The notes under the pieces are model-generated. The model ran no database searches and was not told the DNA's origin. It saw nothing but the letters and a program-made list of their open reading frames with translations. Shown one piece after another: positions 39,265-49,225 of a DNA stretch of 64,000 nucleotides. Numbering within the stretch: the first letter of the stretch is position 1; each line of letters opens with the position of its first letter. Both the position numbers and the translations under genes were made by a program. This stretch comes from Candidatus Woesearchaeota archaeon (GTDB lineage Archaea; Nanobdellota; Nanobdellia; Pacearchaeales; GW2011-AR1): NCBI GenBank assembly GCA_964412025.1, contig CAYPLY010000003.1:47659-111658 (forward strand). Direction: 5' to 3'.

Positions 39265-39741
39265 TTAATAAATCTGGAAAACGCTAGGTGTATCACAGAA
39301 AGACTGTTCGTTAGTATCCTCATTTAAGTAGAATACTACTACACTTACTTTGCTTGGAACTAATCCTGCGCACTCTTCATCTGCTAAATTAACTGAAACA
39401 GTAGTTGTCTTTTGAGCTGGTAAAGGATAATCCTCGTTCATTATATCAACAGGACAACTTTCTAATTCTTCAGCATCAGTAAATATCAACTTAACACCAC
39501 CAATTTCATCAGTACCTCTCTTCCTATTAAGAGTTACATCATAAACATCTACACCAGCAGAATTAACCTGAGTTACAGCAACTTCAGATGCTAAACACTT
39601 AGAACTGATATTAACATCATCAGCTCCTCCCTGTACAACCCCTCTTATAACAAGCCAAATTATACCTACTGCTACAAGAGTAAGCAGAATTATTAACAAA
39701 GTTGCAACAATTGTGGACAAACCCTTTTTATTATTTTTCAT
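39265..39741 (-). CDS. Archaeal type IV pilin-like protein (class III signal peptide)
   Basis: MKNNKKGLSTIVATLLIILLTLVAVGIIW is a typical archaeal prepilin signal with a cleavage site after KG. The C-terminal block GGVKLIFTD...VSVVVFYLNEDTNEQSFC defines the paralog family. Confidence 0.6.
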   Translation of the reverse strand: MKNNKKGLSTIVATLLIILLTLVAVGIIWLVIRGVVQGGADDVNISSKCLASEVAVTQVNSAGVDVYDVTLNRKRGTDEIGGVKLIFTDAEELESCPVDIMNEDYPLPAQKTTTVSVNLADEECAGLVPSKVSVVVFYLNEDTNEQSFCDTPSVFQIY

Positions 39742-39850
39742 ATCAACCTCCTTTCAGACTATTTAATATTTGAAGGAAAATTAAATTTCCATTCAAACGC
39801 ATAACCATTACTGGTTACTAGAATAAGAAAAAACACCTATAAAAACCTTT

Positions 39851-41059
39851 TTATTTGTTGAAACCATCTATAACATTAAAGAAATCCTTGCTGTCAATTA
39901 CCTTATCTACCTCAGTTAAACCCCTTTGTTCAGCAAATTTTGAAAATGCCTCTGGTTTATACCCTCTCTTTCTCAATGAAGCAATCGTAGGTAATCTTTC
40001 ATCTTCAAACCCTTCATACTCTCCTGATTCTATTGCAGCAGTTATTTTCCTTTTTGATAAAATTAAATCGGTAAATTTTATTCTGCCTATAAAATAAGTC
40101 CAAGGAAATTTTTTCCCAAATAAATCAAAAATCATTTTCTGTCTTTTTGAATTATCCATATGATCTTTACCTCTTATTATATGAGTCATACCTAACTCAA
40201 TATCATCCACCGGAACAACAAGATTCATCAATGGCCAAACCCTATATTTTTTCTTCTGCTTCGCATGTTCATGTTCATTTATTCTTGCTAAAGGGAAATC
40301 CCTCATTGCAGGATTAGGGTCCTGCATACCCAATGTAGATTTAAATCTTAAAACAGCTTCTCCTTGTTTATACCCTCCCTTTTTATCTAGCATTTTCTTC
40401 CATCTATAAAGATTCTCATTTATATCATTGTTCCTGCATGGGCAATTCTCCTTAAGTTCAACATATTTCCTGAACTTCTCCTGTGAACAGGTACAAACAT
40501 AAGCTGCATTTTTACTCATCATTTTTTCAGCATAATCATAGTATAGCTTCATTCTATCAGAAGAATTAATATATTCCGTTACATTCCCAAAAATCCAGTC
40601 TAAATCTTTCTTTATGTTCTTATAGCTTTCAGAAAGAACTTTTTCAGGATCTGTGTCATCAACTACAACATAAAATTTCCCTCCATACTTCTTAACATAA
40701 AGAGAAGTAATCATAGATGCAATAATATGTCCAACATGTAATGGTCCAGATGGTGCAGGTCTAAATCTCATAACAACTCCGTTCTTAGGAATACTAGGAA
40801 GTTCTTCCAATCCTTCCCTTACTTCCCTTTCTGAAATAATATCCTGTAACTTTTCATATTCTTTTTTCTGTTCTTCCAAAGAAAGTTTATTTACAGAATT
40901 AACAACCTCACTAACTTTCTTTCCATATTCTTTCATTTCTTCCTTTTTCATCCCTTCAGCAAATAATCCGGAGATAACTGCTCCAGGATTGGCCTTCCCA
41001 TTGTAATGAATTGCATTTTTAAGTGCATAAGCTCTCGCTTTTTTATCAAAATCTTTCAT
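39851..41059 (-). CDS. gltX: Glutamyl-tRNA synthetase, archaeal type, apparently lacking the C-terminal anticodon-binding domain
   Basis: N-terminus YALKNAIHYNGKANPGAV and HIGH motif RFRPAPSGPLHVGH match archaeal GluRS. A KMSKS-like ILSKRK is present. The ORF ends about 60 aa after it, at 402 aa. Confidence 0.75.
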   Translation of the reverse strand: MKDFDKKARAYALKNAIHYNGKANPGAVISGLFAEGMKKEEMKEYGKKVSEVVNSVNKLSLEEQKKEYEKLQDIISEREVREGLEELPSIPKNGVVMRFRPAPSGPLHVGHIIASMITSLYVKKYGGKFYVVVDDTDPEKVLSESYKNIKKDLDWIFGNVTEYINSSDRMKLYYDYAEKMMSKNAAYVCTCSQEKFRKYVELKENCPCRNNDINENLYRWKKMLDKKGGYKQGEAVLRFKSTLGMQDPNPAMRDFPLARINEHEHAKQKKKYRVWPLMNLVVPVDDIELGMTHIIRGKDHMDNSKRQKMIFDLFGKKFPWTYFIGRIKFTDLILSKRKITAAIESGEYEGFEDERLPTIASLRKRGYKPEAFSKFAEQRGLTEVDKVIDSKDFFNVIDGFNK

Positions 41060-41060
41060 A

Positions 41061-41453
41061 CTATTCGTACCTGCCTACATTTGTTTTTTTCTCAAGAACC
41101 TCAACTCTTTGCTGTAATTGATAGATCTGATTAGATAAATCTTCGATCCTATCAGTCATATCTTTTAACCTTTTTGCAAGCCTTCTCCTTTTTTCATATG
41201 CATCCAAAGATTCATTTGAATCAGGATTATCTGAAGAATTAAAACCCGATGAGGGAGTATTTGAAACATCTGGACTTCTTGAGGTATTTGTATCTCCAAA
41301 AAAATTAAAAAATCCTCCAGAAGAACCCTCCTGAGAAGAGGTAGAAATCGGTTCTGTAGATTTGCTCTTTAAAGCTTCCCTGGAACGTTTTCTTTCATAA
41401 TTCTGTTCCTCTGTTAAATCTACAATTTTATCTCTTCTGCTAAAAAATCCCAT
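41061..41453 (-). CDS. Small protein with disordered S-rich N-terminus and C-terminal coiled coil
   Basis: 130 aa. Only a 1-nt gap to the gltX-like gene. Confidence 0.35.
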   Translation of the reverse strand: MGFFSRRDKIVDLTEEQNYERKRSREALKSKSTEPISTSSQEGSSGGFFNFFGDTNTSRSPDVSNTPSSGFNSSDNPDSNESLDAYEKRRRLAKRLKDMTDRIEDLSNQIYQLQQRVEVLEKKTNVGRYE

Positions 41454-41527
41454 AAATACTAATAAGACCGATTATTTTTAAATATAGCTATCAAACAATT
41501 TTTAAATATTAAATTCCTTAACTTTTA

Positions 41528-42922
41528 ATGGGTTCAGAAATTTCAGATATAATTGGAAAGATAAATCCAAAATATAAAAATAATCCTGTGGCTTTCCATA
41601 CACTAGGATATGATTCTGGAGTTGAACAACTGGAACAAATATATTTTTTCATACTTGATTTAATGAGTGATTTTGGATTAAAAACTGAAAAGCTAATAGA
41701 CAATTTTTCTTCATCTCCGGGTTCAGGACATTTCGCAGAGCTTGGACAAAGAGCAACAATAATGCAAAATCAGGCAATGAAAGTTATGGGAGACATAAAT
41801 ACTGTATTAAGAAGTGTTCTTAATATAATATACGATTTAAAAGAATTCAGAACCAGATTGCAAAGCTACGAAGATTTAAAATCTCCAGATAAAAAAGATG
41901 CTGCCATACTCTCTCTAAAACAGATATGGATGGACAAAGTAGATATACAAAAAGGAAACTCAAGTATAAAGGCTATGGCACTGGGACAAGCAGGTTTTGT
42001 CACATTAATAGATGCATTCTTGGCTTCAAAAGATGAAAAAGACGTACAGAAACTTGATCTTAATGAAAGAGTAAAGAGGTTGTTAATACCAAGAATTCAT
42101 GAATTTAACATATGGTTATCACAATCAGAGCAAGAGTTAAGAAAAAGGTATGAAATAGAAAAGAGTTATCTAAAAAGCCAGGTAAACAGCTTAAAACTTT
42201 ACTCAAGATGGGCTAAACCCTATCTCAAAGCAGCTAGTGAACTTGAAAACAAAGACTTAAGGAGAGAGCCGGCATTAGTTAAAACTTTTAACACCCTCAT
42301 GTTAAATTTAATTCTTATTGGAAAGAGGGAATTGAATGTAAAAGATTCTGCACTGGATGGGCTATTGCCAAAGGACTTTTCAAAAGATAATTTTGTAAAA
42401 AAACTAAGAAAATATTATAGTTGTATTCTTGTAGAATTCACTTTTAGAGGGATACCTCAAAGAGTAGCCCAACAACCACATTTTACATTTGGAGGAAAAG
42501 CAGATGTTACATTCAAGGCATATGCATTAAATGAAGATGAAATGAATAAATTAAACAAGGAACTTGAAAAATCCGATTTAGAAGATGTTTTAAAACTAAT
42601 AGATGGAGCAACAGATGATAGCCTTAAACAGATGCAAGAAGAAATAGATTTCTTCCTTGAGGAAAAAGATAAGAAAGAAGAAGAAAAGAAGAGAAAAGAT
42701 ACCTCCAACCCATTTTTAGCTCTATTTGGGGTTTATGATAAAAAAGAAGATAAAGAAGCTCCAAAAAAGAAAGAAGAAGACAAAGGAGATAAACCAATTA
42801 GAAAAGATGATTGGGTTGAAAAAACACATATTCGTCCACTCGCAGAAGAGATAGCAAGCGCAACTGCTATGAGCTTATTTGATATATACAAGAAATCTCA
42901 TGGGATGGCAAGCTACACCTAA
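41528..42922 (+). CDS. Hypothetical protein
   Basis: 464 aa helical protein with a K/E-rich C-terminal region. No motif recognised. Confidence 0.4.
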   Translation: MGSEISDIIGKINPKYKNNPVAFHTLGYDSGVEQLEQIYFFILDLMSDFGLKTEKLIDNFSSSPGSGHFAELGQRATIMQNQAMKVMGDINTVLRSVLNIIYDLKEFRTRLQSYEDLKSPDKKDAAILSLKQIWMDKVDIQKGNSSIKAMALGQAGFVTLIDAFLASKDEKDVQKLDLNERVKRLLIPRIHEFNIWLSQSEQELRKRYEIEKSYLKSQVNSLKLYSRWAKPYLKAASELENKDLRREPALVKTFNTLMLNLILIGKRELNVKDSALDGLLPKDFSKDNFVKKLRKYYSCILVEFTFRGIPQRVAQQPHFTFGGKADVTFKAYALNEDEMNKLNKELEKSDLEDVLKLIDGATDDSLKQMQEEIDFFLEEKDKKEEEKKRKDTSNPFLALFGVYDKKEDKEAPKKKEEDKGDKPIRKDDWVEKTHIRPLAEEIASATAMSLFDIYKKSHGMASYT

Positions 42923-42959
42923 TCAAAATTATTATATATCCGTAAATATTTAATAATTA

Positions 42960-43559
42960 ATGCCAAAAAGAACAACTCCTAAAAAAAATGAAGATAAAAA
43001 GGAAGCAAAAAAAACTAAGGATACCCTAAGCCAGGATGAAATAAATTCCTTAGAACAAATGATAAAAGAAAATGAAGTAAAAAATATTTCTTCAGATATA
43101 AAGGAGTTATTAAAAGGGCAAATGATGGAGATTACAACCCCTTCATTAAAAAAAATAAATCCCCCACAAAAAAGTCAAATAAGTCTAGAGAAAGATATTA
43201 TTACTGGATCTATCACAATCGAAAATGAAGATGAGGGAGAAATAAGATACAATCTTGTTAACAAAAAAGAAGAGCAAAATTACAAACAAATAAGCCCAGA
43301 ATATTCAGAGATACAAAGAGAATCTATTGAAAAAAACCCCAACATCTTAATAAAAAGTCCTTCCTTCATCTCTCAAGATAAAATAAATTTTTCAGATAGC
43401 TTTCCAAAAAAGAATTTTAATTTGATTGTTGAAGATGAACTAAAAAATTCCAAGGATACAGATAAAGATTATGCATTTAAGCCCTCATTCAATGAAAAAG
43501 AAGAAAAATTCTCCCGCAATCCTTTTGAGATGAAAGAAAAAAAATATACTAAGTTTTAA
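42960..43559 (+). CDS. Hypothetical K/E-rich protein
   Basis: 199 aa of low-complexity sequence. Confidence 0.35.
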   Translation: MPKRTTPKKNEDKKEAKKTKDTLSQDEINSLEQMIKENEVKNISSDIKELLKGQMMEITTPSLKKINPPQKSQISLEKDIITGSITIENEDEGEIRYNLVNKKEEQNYKQISPEYSEIQRESIEKNPNILIKSPSFISQDKINFSDSFPKKNFNLIVEDELKNSKDTDKDYAFKPSFNEKEEKFSRNPFEMKEKKYTKF

Positions 43560-43595
43560 CCATAAATATATAAATAAAAAACTATTAATTCATTA

Positions 43596-45377
43596 ATGGC
43601 AAAGAAAGGGGGATATGTTATTGAAAATACATATTTAGGAGGGTATTCCAGTTTAGATCCTGATAAAGCTTATCAAACTAATTTTACAGGATTTAGAGTA
43701 AATGCAAGAGAAATAGGAGCCCCTACAAAACCAGACACTGCAAACCAAATACAACAGGTTTCTCAAATGCTTAATCAGGGAATTGTTCCAATAGAAACCG
43801 GAGCTATAAGCGCTGAAGTATTCACACAGATACCTCGACAACAATTCAAAGAAATAGACAGATTATCTAAATTAACTGGGGCAAAAATATCTTTACATGC
43901 TCCAATTGTAGAACCTTCTGGGATGGGAGAACAGGGATGGAGCGAAATCCAAAGGCAGGCAGCTGAGAGACAGTTAAATGATGTAGTTGAAAAAGCTTAT
44001 GAACTAAGTTCAAAAGAACCGGTACCAATAACAATTCATTCCACTGCAGGGGCGGGATCAGAATACATTCCAGATAAAGAAAAAGGAAGAAGAGTATCCA
44101 AATTGATTGCTGTGGAAAGAGAAACTGGAAGACCAGTTACAGTATTAGAAGAAGAAACTTTATATTATCCTCAGATGGATTTGGAAGAAGGTAAAAAATA
44201 CACACCAGAGATGCGTATAAATTCCCTTAATCGTACAAGATGGGAAGAGACAATAAATCAACAGTTCTTTAACAAGGAAAGAGCAGACCAAATAATAAAA
44301 GATAACTCAATACAAATAAATCATCTCTGGAATGAATTAAAAGAAGGAAAGGTGAACCCAAATGATTTAACCCCCACTCAGCAAAACACATTCAGGCATT
44401 TGCAAAATGCCAAAACCTATCTTGATGACATTGAGCAAAATGTAGAGTCTATGTTCAACAAAGCCTGGAAAAACACAGATGGAGATAATAAAAGTAGAGA
44501 ATATCTAAGACAAATCTCAGAACGTTATAAACAGGACCTTACAAAAGACGACACTCCTTTGGGACAATCTAATGCCGTTCAAAATCTTATGGACGGTTTA
44601 AGAGCGGTACAACCTAAAAATATTATACCTCTGGAAGAGTTTGCATTAGACAAATCTGCACAAACATTTGCAAATGTTGCATTTAATGCTTATGATAAAT
44701 TCGACAAAAAAGGAAATATACCCAAGATTAATATTGAAAATATGTACTCCGGGATGGCATTCTCATCTCTTGAAGATATGAATAAACTCATAGTTGAATC
44801 GAAAAATAAATTTGCTCAAAAACTAATTAATGAAAGAGGAATAAATGAAGAAACTGCCAGGAAAAAAGCCGATGAAGTAATAGGGATGACTCTTGATGTA
44901 GGACACTTAAATATATCAAAAAAGCAAGGGTTTACAGATAAAGATTTACTTAGAGAAGTGGACGCAATAAAAAAACATGTTAAACACGTTCATTTAACTG
45001 ATAATTTTGGATTTTCTGATTCTCATCTCCCTCCAGGAATGGGAAATGTTCCATTTAAAGATATTTTAGAAAAGCTCGAGAAAGCAGGATTTAAAGGGAG
45101 CAAGATAGTTGAGGCTGGGGGATTTGTTCAACACTTCCAGCAATCCCCTTATGTCCCCTCTCTTGAAGGATTGGGTTCCCCAATGTATTCTTCGGGCCCA
45201 GGTCCTTATTGGAATCAATCACTAGGACTACAACAAGGATATCTCTCCGGATATGGTATGATGCTTCCAAATACAAACTATCAAACATTCGGAGCAGGAT
45301 TTTCCCAACTCCCTCAGGAACTTGGAGGAGATTTAGCAAGAGGAGGAGGAAAATTTAATCAGAGAGGAATGGAATAA
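43596..45377 (+). CDS. Xylose-isomerase-like TIM-barrel (AP endonuclease 2 fold) protein with a G/Y/Q-rich C-terminal tail
   Basis: LDVGHLNISKK...HVHLTDNFGFSDSHLPPGMGNVPF is typical of sugar-phosphate isomerase/epimerase-like TIM barrels. The tail YSSGPGPYWNQSLGLQQGYLSGYGMM is low complexity. Confidence 0.4.
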   Translation: MAKKGGYVIENTYLGGYSSLDPDKAYQTNFTGFRVNAREIGAPTKPDTANQIQQVSQMLNQGIVPIETGAISAEVFTQIPRQQFKEIDRLSKLTGAKISLHAPIVEPSGMGEQGWSEIQRQAAERQLNDVVEKAYELSSKEPVPITIHSTAGAGSEYIPDKEKGRRVSKLIAVERETGRPVTVLEEETLYYPQMDLEEGKKYTPEMRINSLNRTRWEETINQQFFNKERADQIIKDNSIQINHLWNELKEGKVNPNDLTPTQQNTFRHLQNAKTYLDDIEQNVESMFNKAWKNTDGDNKSREYLRQISERYKQDLTKDDTPLGQSNAVQNLMDGLRAVQPKNIIPLEEFALDKSAQTFANVAFNAYDKFDKKGNIPKINIENMYSGMAFSSLEDMNKLIVESKNKFAQKLINERGINEETARKKADEVIGMTLDVGHLNISKKQGFTDKDLLREVDAIKKHVKHVHLTDNFGFSDSHLPPGMGNVPFKDILEKLEKAGFKGSKIVEAGGFVQHFQQSPYVPSLEGLGSPMYSSGPGPYWNQSLGLQQGYLSGYGMMLPNTNYQTFGAGFSQLPQELGGDLARGGGKFNQRGME

Positions 45378-45416
45378 AAAGATTAAGTTTATTAATTAAA
45401 AAAGACTGACAACAAT

Positions 45417-46271
45417 ATGACCAAAAAAGAGAAAAAAGCTGGACCTATTTCAGAAAAAGAATTGCACCAGATGGCGGTTGAGGCGGGTATGAAAAGCCTA
45501 ATAGGTTCTAATCCAAACCTAAGACAATATGCTCCTTTAATATTAAACAATATAGATTATAACAAGGTAGATAAATTTATTCAGGAAACCGAAAAAAAAT
45601 ACCATGAAGAAAATATTTCTTACCAGGATAAAAATAAGGTAATTTACAATGAAATAGCTAATTATGTTGCATCGGGTAGAGCTTTAAAAGAAACTGCTAT
45701 ACAAACACTTTTTGATGAAGGAAAAGAAGGGAAATTGGATAGAAATGTTTTAGAAAAGATTGTATCATTTTTTAAACCAAGTAAATTTGAAGGAACAAAA
45801 TATTTCGAGAAAGCAAGTAATGCATATTCAGATATGTATGATATACTTTCACAAAATGAATTTGCACAAAGCGAACTACCTGAATTGGTAGATGCTGCAA
45901 AATCAATGAAAATGTATGGATTCTTAGAAACAGCATTAAAGAATTTTAAAGCACATGGTATGATGGACGACAAAACCTACAAAATGCTCTCAAAAGAATT
46001 ACATGAAAAAACCGCAATAAAATCAGAACAGGGCAAAAGAGGACTTGAAGAATACATACTGAGAAAAGAGGAAAAAGAAGAACCTGCATACAAAGTTGCA
46101 GCATCAATAATAGGATTTTTAGGATTGATGTTAATGATATTCAACTTAAGGATAACCGGAGCCGCAATAGGAGAAGACGCAACAGTAACAATGGGAGCAT
46201 TCGGAGTGTTTATGATATTCTTTGCATTGTTGTTATTTACCCGTCCCTTAAAAAGAAACTTTAAAAAGTAA
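45417..46271 (+). CDS. Hypothetical protein with two C-terminal transmembrane helices
   Basis: 284 aa. Hydrophobic helices in the C-terminal segment. Confidence 0.4.
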   Translation: MTKKEKKAGPISEKELHQMAVEAGMKSLIGSNPNLRQYAPLILNNIDYNKVDKFIQETEKKYHEENISYQDKNKVIYNEIANYVASGRALKETAIQTLFDEGKEGKLDRNVLEKIVSFFKPSKFEGTKYFEKASNAYSDMYDILSQNEFAQSELPELVDAAKSMKMYGFLETALKNFKAHGMMDDKTYKMLSKELHEKTAIKSEQGKRGLEEYILRKEEKEEPAYKVAASIIGFLGLMLMIFNLRITGAAIGEDATVTMGAFGVFMIFFALLLFTRPLKRNFKK

Positions 46272-46295
46272 TTTATATTATATAATTAATAAAAG

Positions 46296-47180
46296 ATGGT
46301 GAAAAAAAAGATAAAAAAAGAGAAGAAAGTAAAATCCAAAAAAAGGGTGATTAAAAGTTCTGAAGATAAAAAAGAAAAGATATCTCACGAAATACCTACC
46401 TTAAAACTTAAGACAGAAAATGAGATTGCAATGGATTTTGCTGTTAAAGTCTATAAAAAGTTTAACAATGTTGTAAAATCAATAGTTCTTTTTGGTTCAA
46501 CAACAAAACAAAATGTTACTCCTGGCTCGGATATAGATATAATGATCTTGATTGATGATGTTTCAATAAAATGGGATCAAGAGTTAATTGCTTGGTACAG
46601 AGAAGAACTTGAAAAAATAATTGAAAGTAGCCCATATAAAAAAGATTTACATATAAACACAATAAAATTATCAACCTGGTGGGAAGATTTAATGAAAGGA
46701 GATCCGGTAGTATTAAATATTTTGAGATATGGTGAAGCAATGATTGATGCTGGAAGTTTTTTTAATCCAATAAAACAACTGCTTATCCAGGGTAAAATAA
46801 AATCTACCCCGGAAGCAATTTATTCATGCCTTCAAAGAGCCCCAATGCATTTTGCAAGGAGTAGAGCTTCTGAATTAGGAGCTATAGAAGGATTATATTG
46901 GACGATGGTTGATTCTTCACATGCTGCGTTAATCGCTGCAAATGTCCTGCCCCCTTCACCTGAACATATACCCGGAGAATTAAAAATAAATTTTGTAAAT
47001 TCGGGAAAACTAAAGATGAAATATGTTGAATGGTTCAGAGAATTAAATGCACTACATAAAAAGATAACTCATGGAGAAATCACAGACTTAAAGGGCGTAC
47101 AAATAGATGATTGGCAACTCAAAACAGAAGAATTCCTTAGAACAATGGCTCAATTGGTAAATGATATAATAAGCAGATAA
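46296..47180 (+). CDS. Nucleotidyltransferase-domain protein (minimal NTase plus helical domain, KNTase-like)
   Basis: LFGSTTKQNVTPGSDIDIMILIDD is a GS...D.D motif. The C-terminal helical domain is paralogous to part of 51300..53111. Confidence 0.5.
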   Translation: MVKKKIKKEKKVKSKKRVIKSSEDKKEKISHEIPTLKLKTENEIAMDFAVKVYKKFNNVVKSIVLFGSTTKQNVTPGSDIDIMILIDDVSIKWDQELIAWYREELEKIIESSPYKKDLHINTIKLSTWWEDLMKGDPVVLNILRYGEAMIDAGSFFNPIKQLLIQGKIKSTPEAIYSCLQRAPMHFARSRASELGAIEGLYWTMVDSSHAALIAANVLPPSPEHIPGELKINFVNSGKLKMKYVEWFRELNALHKKITHGEITDLKGVQIDDWQLKTEEFLRTMAQLVNDIISR

Positions 47181-47182
47181 AT

Positions 47183-47467
47183 TTATTTCTCGCTCATCAT
47201 ACTTTTTAGTTCTCTAACTCTTTCAATATCCAAATATCTCTCAGTCAAGCTAAATACTCTTTCCTCTAATTCAGAACTATAATTCAAAAGACTTTTGTTT
47301 CCCTTTTTAAAACCGGAAAGTAATTTATAATAAAATCCAAGATAAATTTCTCTAACCTTTCCAACAGGATATTCATTTCTAACTGAGATCTCCTTAATAG
47401 TATCAAGATGGTTTCTAGGACTCAAAATCTTTAATTCTCTACTTTCTAATTTATTTTTATTTGCCAT
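47183..47467 (-). CDS. Hypothetical small protein
   Basis: 94 aa. Confidence 0.3.
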   Translation of the reverse strand: MANKNKLESRELKILSPRNHLDTIKEISVRNEYPVGKVREIYLGFYYKLLSGFKKGNKSLLNYSSELEERVFSLTERYLDIERVRELKSMMSEK

Positions 47468-47520
47468 TTTATTAAAACAAAAGAAAAGAACAATTTTAAC
47501 AGTTTATTAATCTATCTCTC

Positions 47521-48144
47521 TTATCTCTTTTTTTCTTCAGGAATAGCCAACATTTTTTCCAATCCTTTAGGAATCTCTTTAGCACTCTGAGCCAAAGCAT
47601 CAGATACCTTTGTCTTAGTTAAATAAGCTTGATATCCCCCTAAAATATTTTTATAAAGTCCCTCTTGAGCTACTATAGCCTCTTGCTTATCTTTAGATAA
47701 TTTACTGAACTCTTCATCTGAAATATTGGATTTCAAACTTCCAAGATACCCATCATTAACCTTGGCTTTTGAACCCATTAATCCCATTATATCGCTTATT
47801 TTAACACTATTCAAAGATTCTTGAAGTATTGCAGCACAATCTTTCATTATCCCCATCTCTGAAATATTCCCGCTATATCTCTCTCCCTCCTGTCTAGATT
47901 TTAATATAGAATTTTGCATAACATTATATTCTGTCCCATCTGCAGCATAAGCTTTAAGTCCGGAATTAAAAGCGGGAAAATACTTGAATGCGTTCATAGC
48001 ATCGTTGTCTTCATCACCATACTTTTTATTTTTATAAACTAAATAAGACGCTGCTACATCAACAAGATTACTAGCCTTAAGATTTTTTAAAGCAACATCT
48101 CTTTGCTTTTCTTCTGGTGATTTTTCTTCCGGTTTGTCTGTCAT
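47521..48144 (-). CDS. Hypothetical protein
   Basis: 207 aa. No motif recognised. Confidence 0.35.
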   Translation of the reverse strand: MTDKPEEKSPEEKQRDVALKNLKASNLVDVAASYLVYKNKKYGDEDNDAMNAFKYFPAFNSGLKAYAADGTEYNVMQNSILKSRQEGERYSGNISEMGIMKDCAAILQESLNSVKISDIMGLMGSKAKVNDGYLGSLKSNISDEEFSKLSKDKQEAIVAQEGLYKNILGGYQAYLTKTKVSDALAQSAKEIPKGLEKMLAIPEEKKR

Positions 48145-48300
48145 ATATTTTCTATAAATTCCAACTATTTAAATCTTTCGGTTATGTTACCATTAACCAA
48201 AAGTAACAAATACAAGATGAGAATATTAAACCAAACTCATCTAATCAAAAGCATTATAAATAATACATCCCTTAATTATTTAATTAAATGAGGTTTAAAA

Positions 48301-48645
48301 ATGGATAGAACACTGGATAAACTAGGGGCATGGGCTTTTGTAATCGGTCTTGTTTTAGCGATTATAATAGCAATCTTTAGTGTGCAGCAAACCTGGCCAA
48401 TGTATCTATTGCTTTTCCTTGGACTTGTTGTGGGTCTTTTGAATATTGGCAATAGAGAAGTAGGTTCTTTTTTACTAGCTGCAATAGCCTTTATGTTTAC
48501 ATTTACAGCCTTAAGCGCTCTCTCTGAAGGAATACCTTTGATAGGTGAGACTTTAGCCAGATTCTTAGGATTAGTAAATGCATTCATCGCACCTGCAGCA
48601 GCAGTTGTAGCATTTAAGGCATTATTCATCCACACAAAACACTAA
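48301..48645 (+). CDS. Small membrane protein
   Basis: 114 aa with three or four hydrophobic helices. Preferred over the overlapping antisense ORF 48276..48635. Confidence 0.4.
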   Translation: MDRTLDKLGAWAFVIGLVLAIIIAIFSVQQTWPMYLLLFLGLVVGLLNIGNREVGSFLLAAIAFMFTFTALSALSEGIPLIGETLARFLGLVNAFIAPAAAVVAFKALFIHTKH

Positions 48646-48673
48646 AGAATAATTTTTTATTTTTTTATTTTTA

Positions 48674-49216
48674 TTAATTTTTCGAGAATTCATATAACAC
48701 TCTTGTCTTACAAGGAAGTTTAGCTTTTATAGCCTTAAAAGCTTCCCTTGCAACACTAACTGCCTTAGGATTAGTAGTAGCAATAAAAAATATTGGAGAA
48801 TTAGCTTTTAGAATAGCTGATTTTCCTATGCACTTACCAAAAGATAACTGCATACCTGTCTGCATTCTATCAGCTCCTGCACCGGTAAGCATTTTATTTT
48901 CTCTCTGAATATGATGAGGAAAAGGAACAACTCTAAAAAAATACTGTCCAACAAACCCTTTGTCCAAAATCTTGTTTACATACTGTCTACAAGCTTCAAG
49001 AGCATTATGTCTTATCTGAACTGCTTCTGTTGTCACAAGAGTCAATCTGTGAGGATATTTGCCTAATTCAAAAGTATTTCCATCGCCCATACTAAACTTT
49101 ACAATCTTCTGAGGAGGAACTACCTTAATATAAGCCCTATTTTTCCTTTTACTAACACGTGTATAAGGAGTAACTTTTCTCTTTGAATATGCATTTGCTT
49201 TTCTTAATGATGCCAT
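48674..49216 (-). CDS. rpl10e: Ribosomal protein L10e (uL16)
   Basis: MASLRKANAYSKRKVTPYTRVSK...RLTLVTTEAVQIRHNALEA matches the L10e/L16 family. Confidence 0.9.
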   Translation of the reverse strand: MASLRKANAYSKRKVTPYTRVSKRKNRAYIKVVPPQKIVKFSMGDGNTFELGKYPHRLTLVTTEAVQIRHNALEACRQYVNKILDKGFVGQYFFRVVPFPHHIQRENKMLTGAGADRMQTGMQLSFGKCIGKSAILKANSPIFFIATTNPKAVSVAREAFKAIKAKLPCKTRVLYEFSKN

Positions 49217-49225
49217 CTTATGTTT

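Noticed and set aside
48276-48635. Minus-strand ORF overlapping the 48301..48645 membrane protein
   Set aside because: The plus-strand product has clean transmembrane helices. The minus-strand translation is Ala/Lys-rich low complexity. Only one can be real, so the plus strand was chosen.
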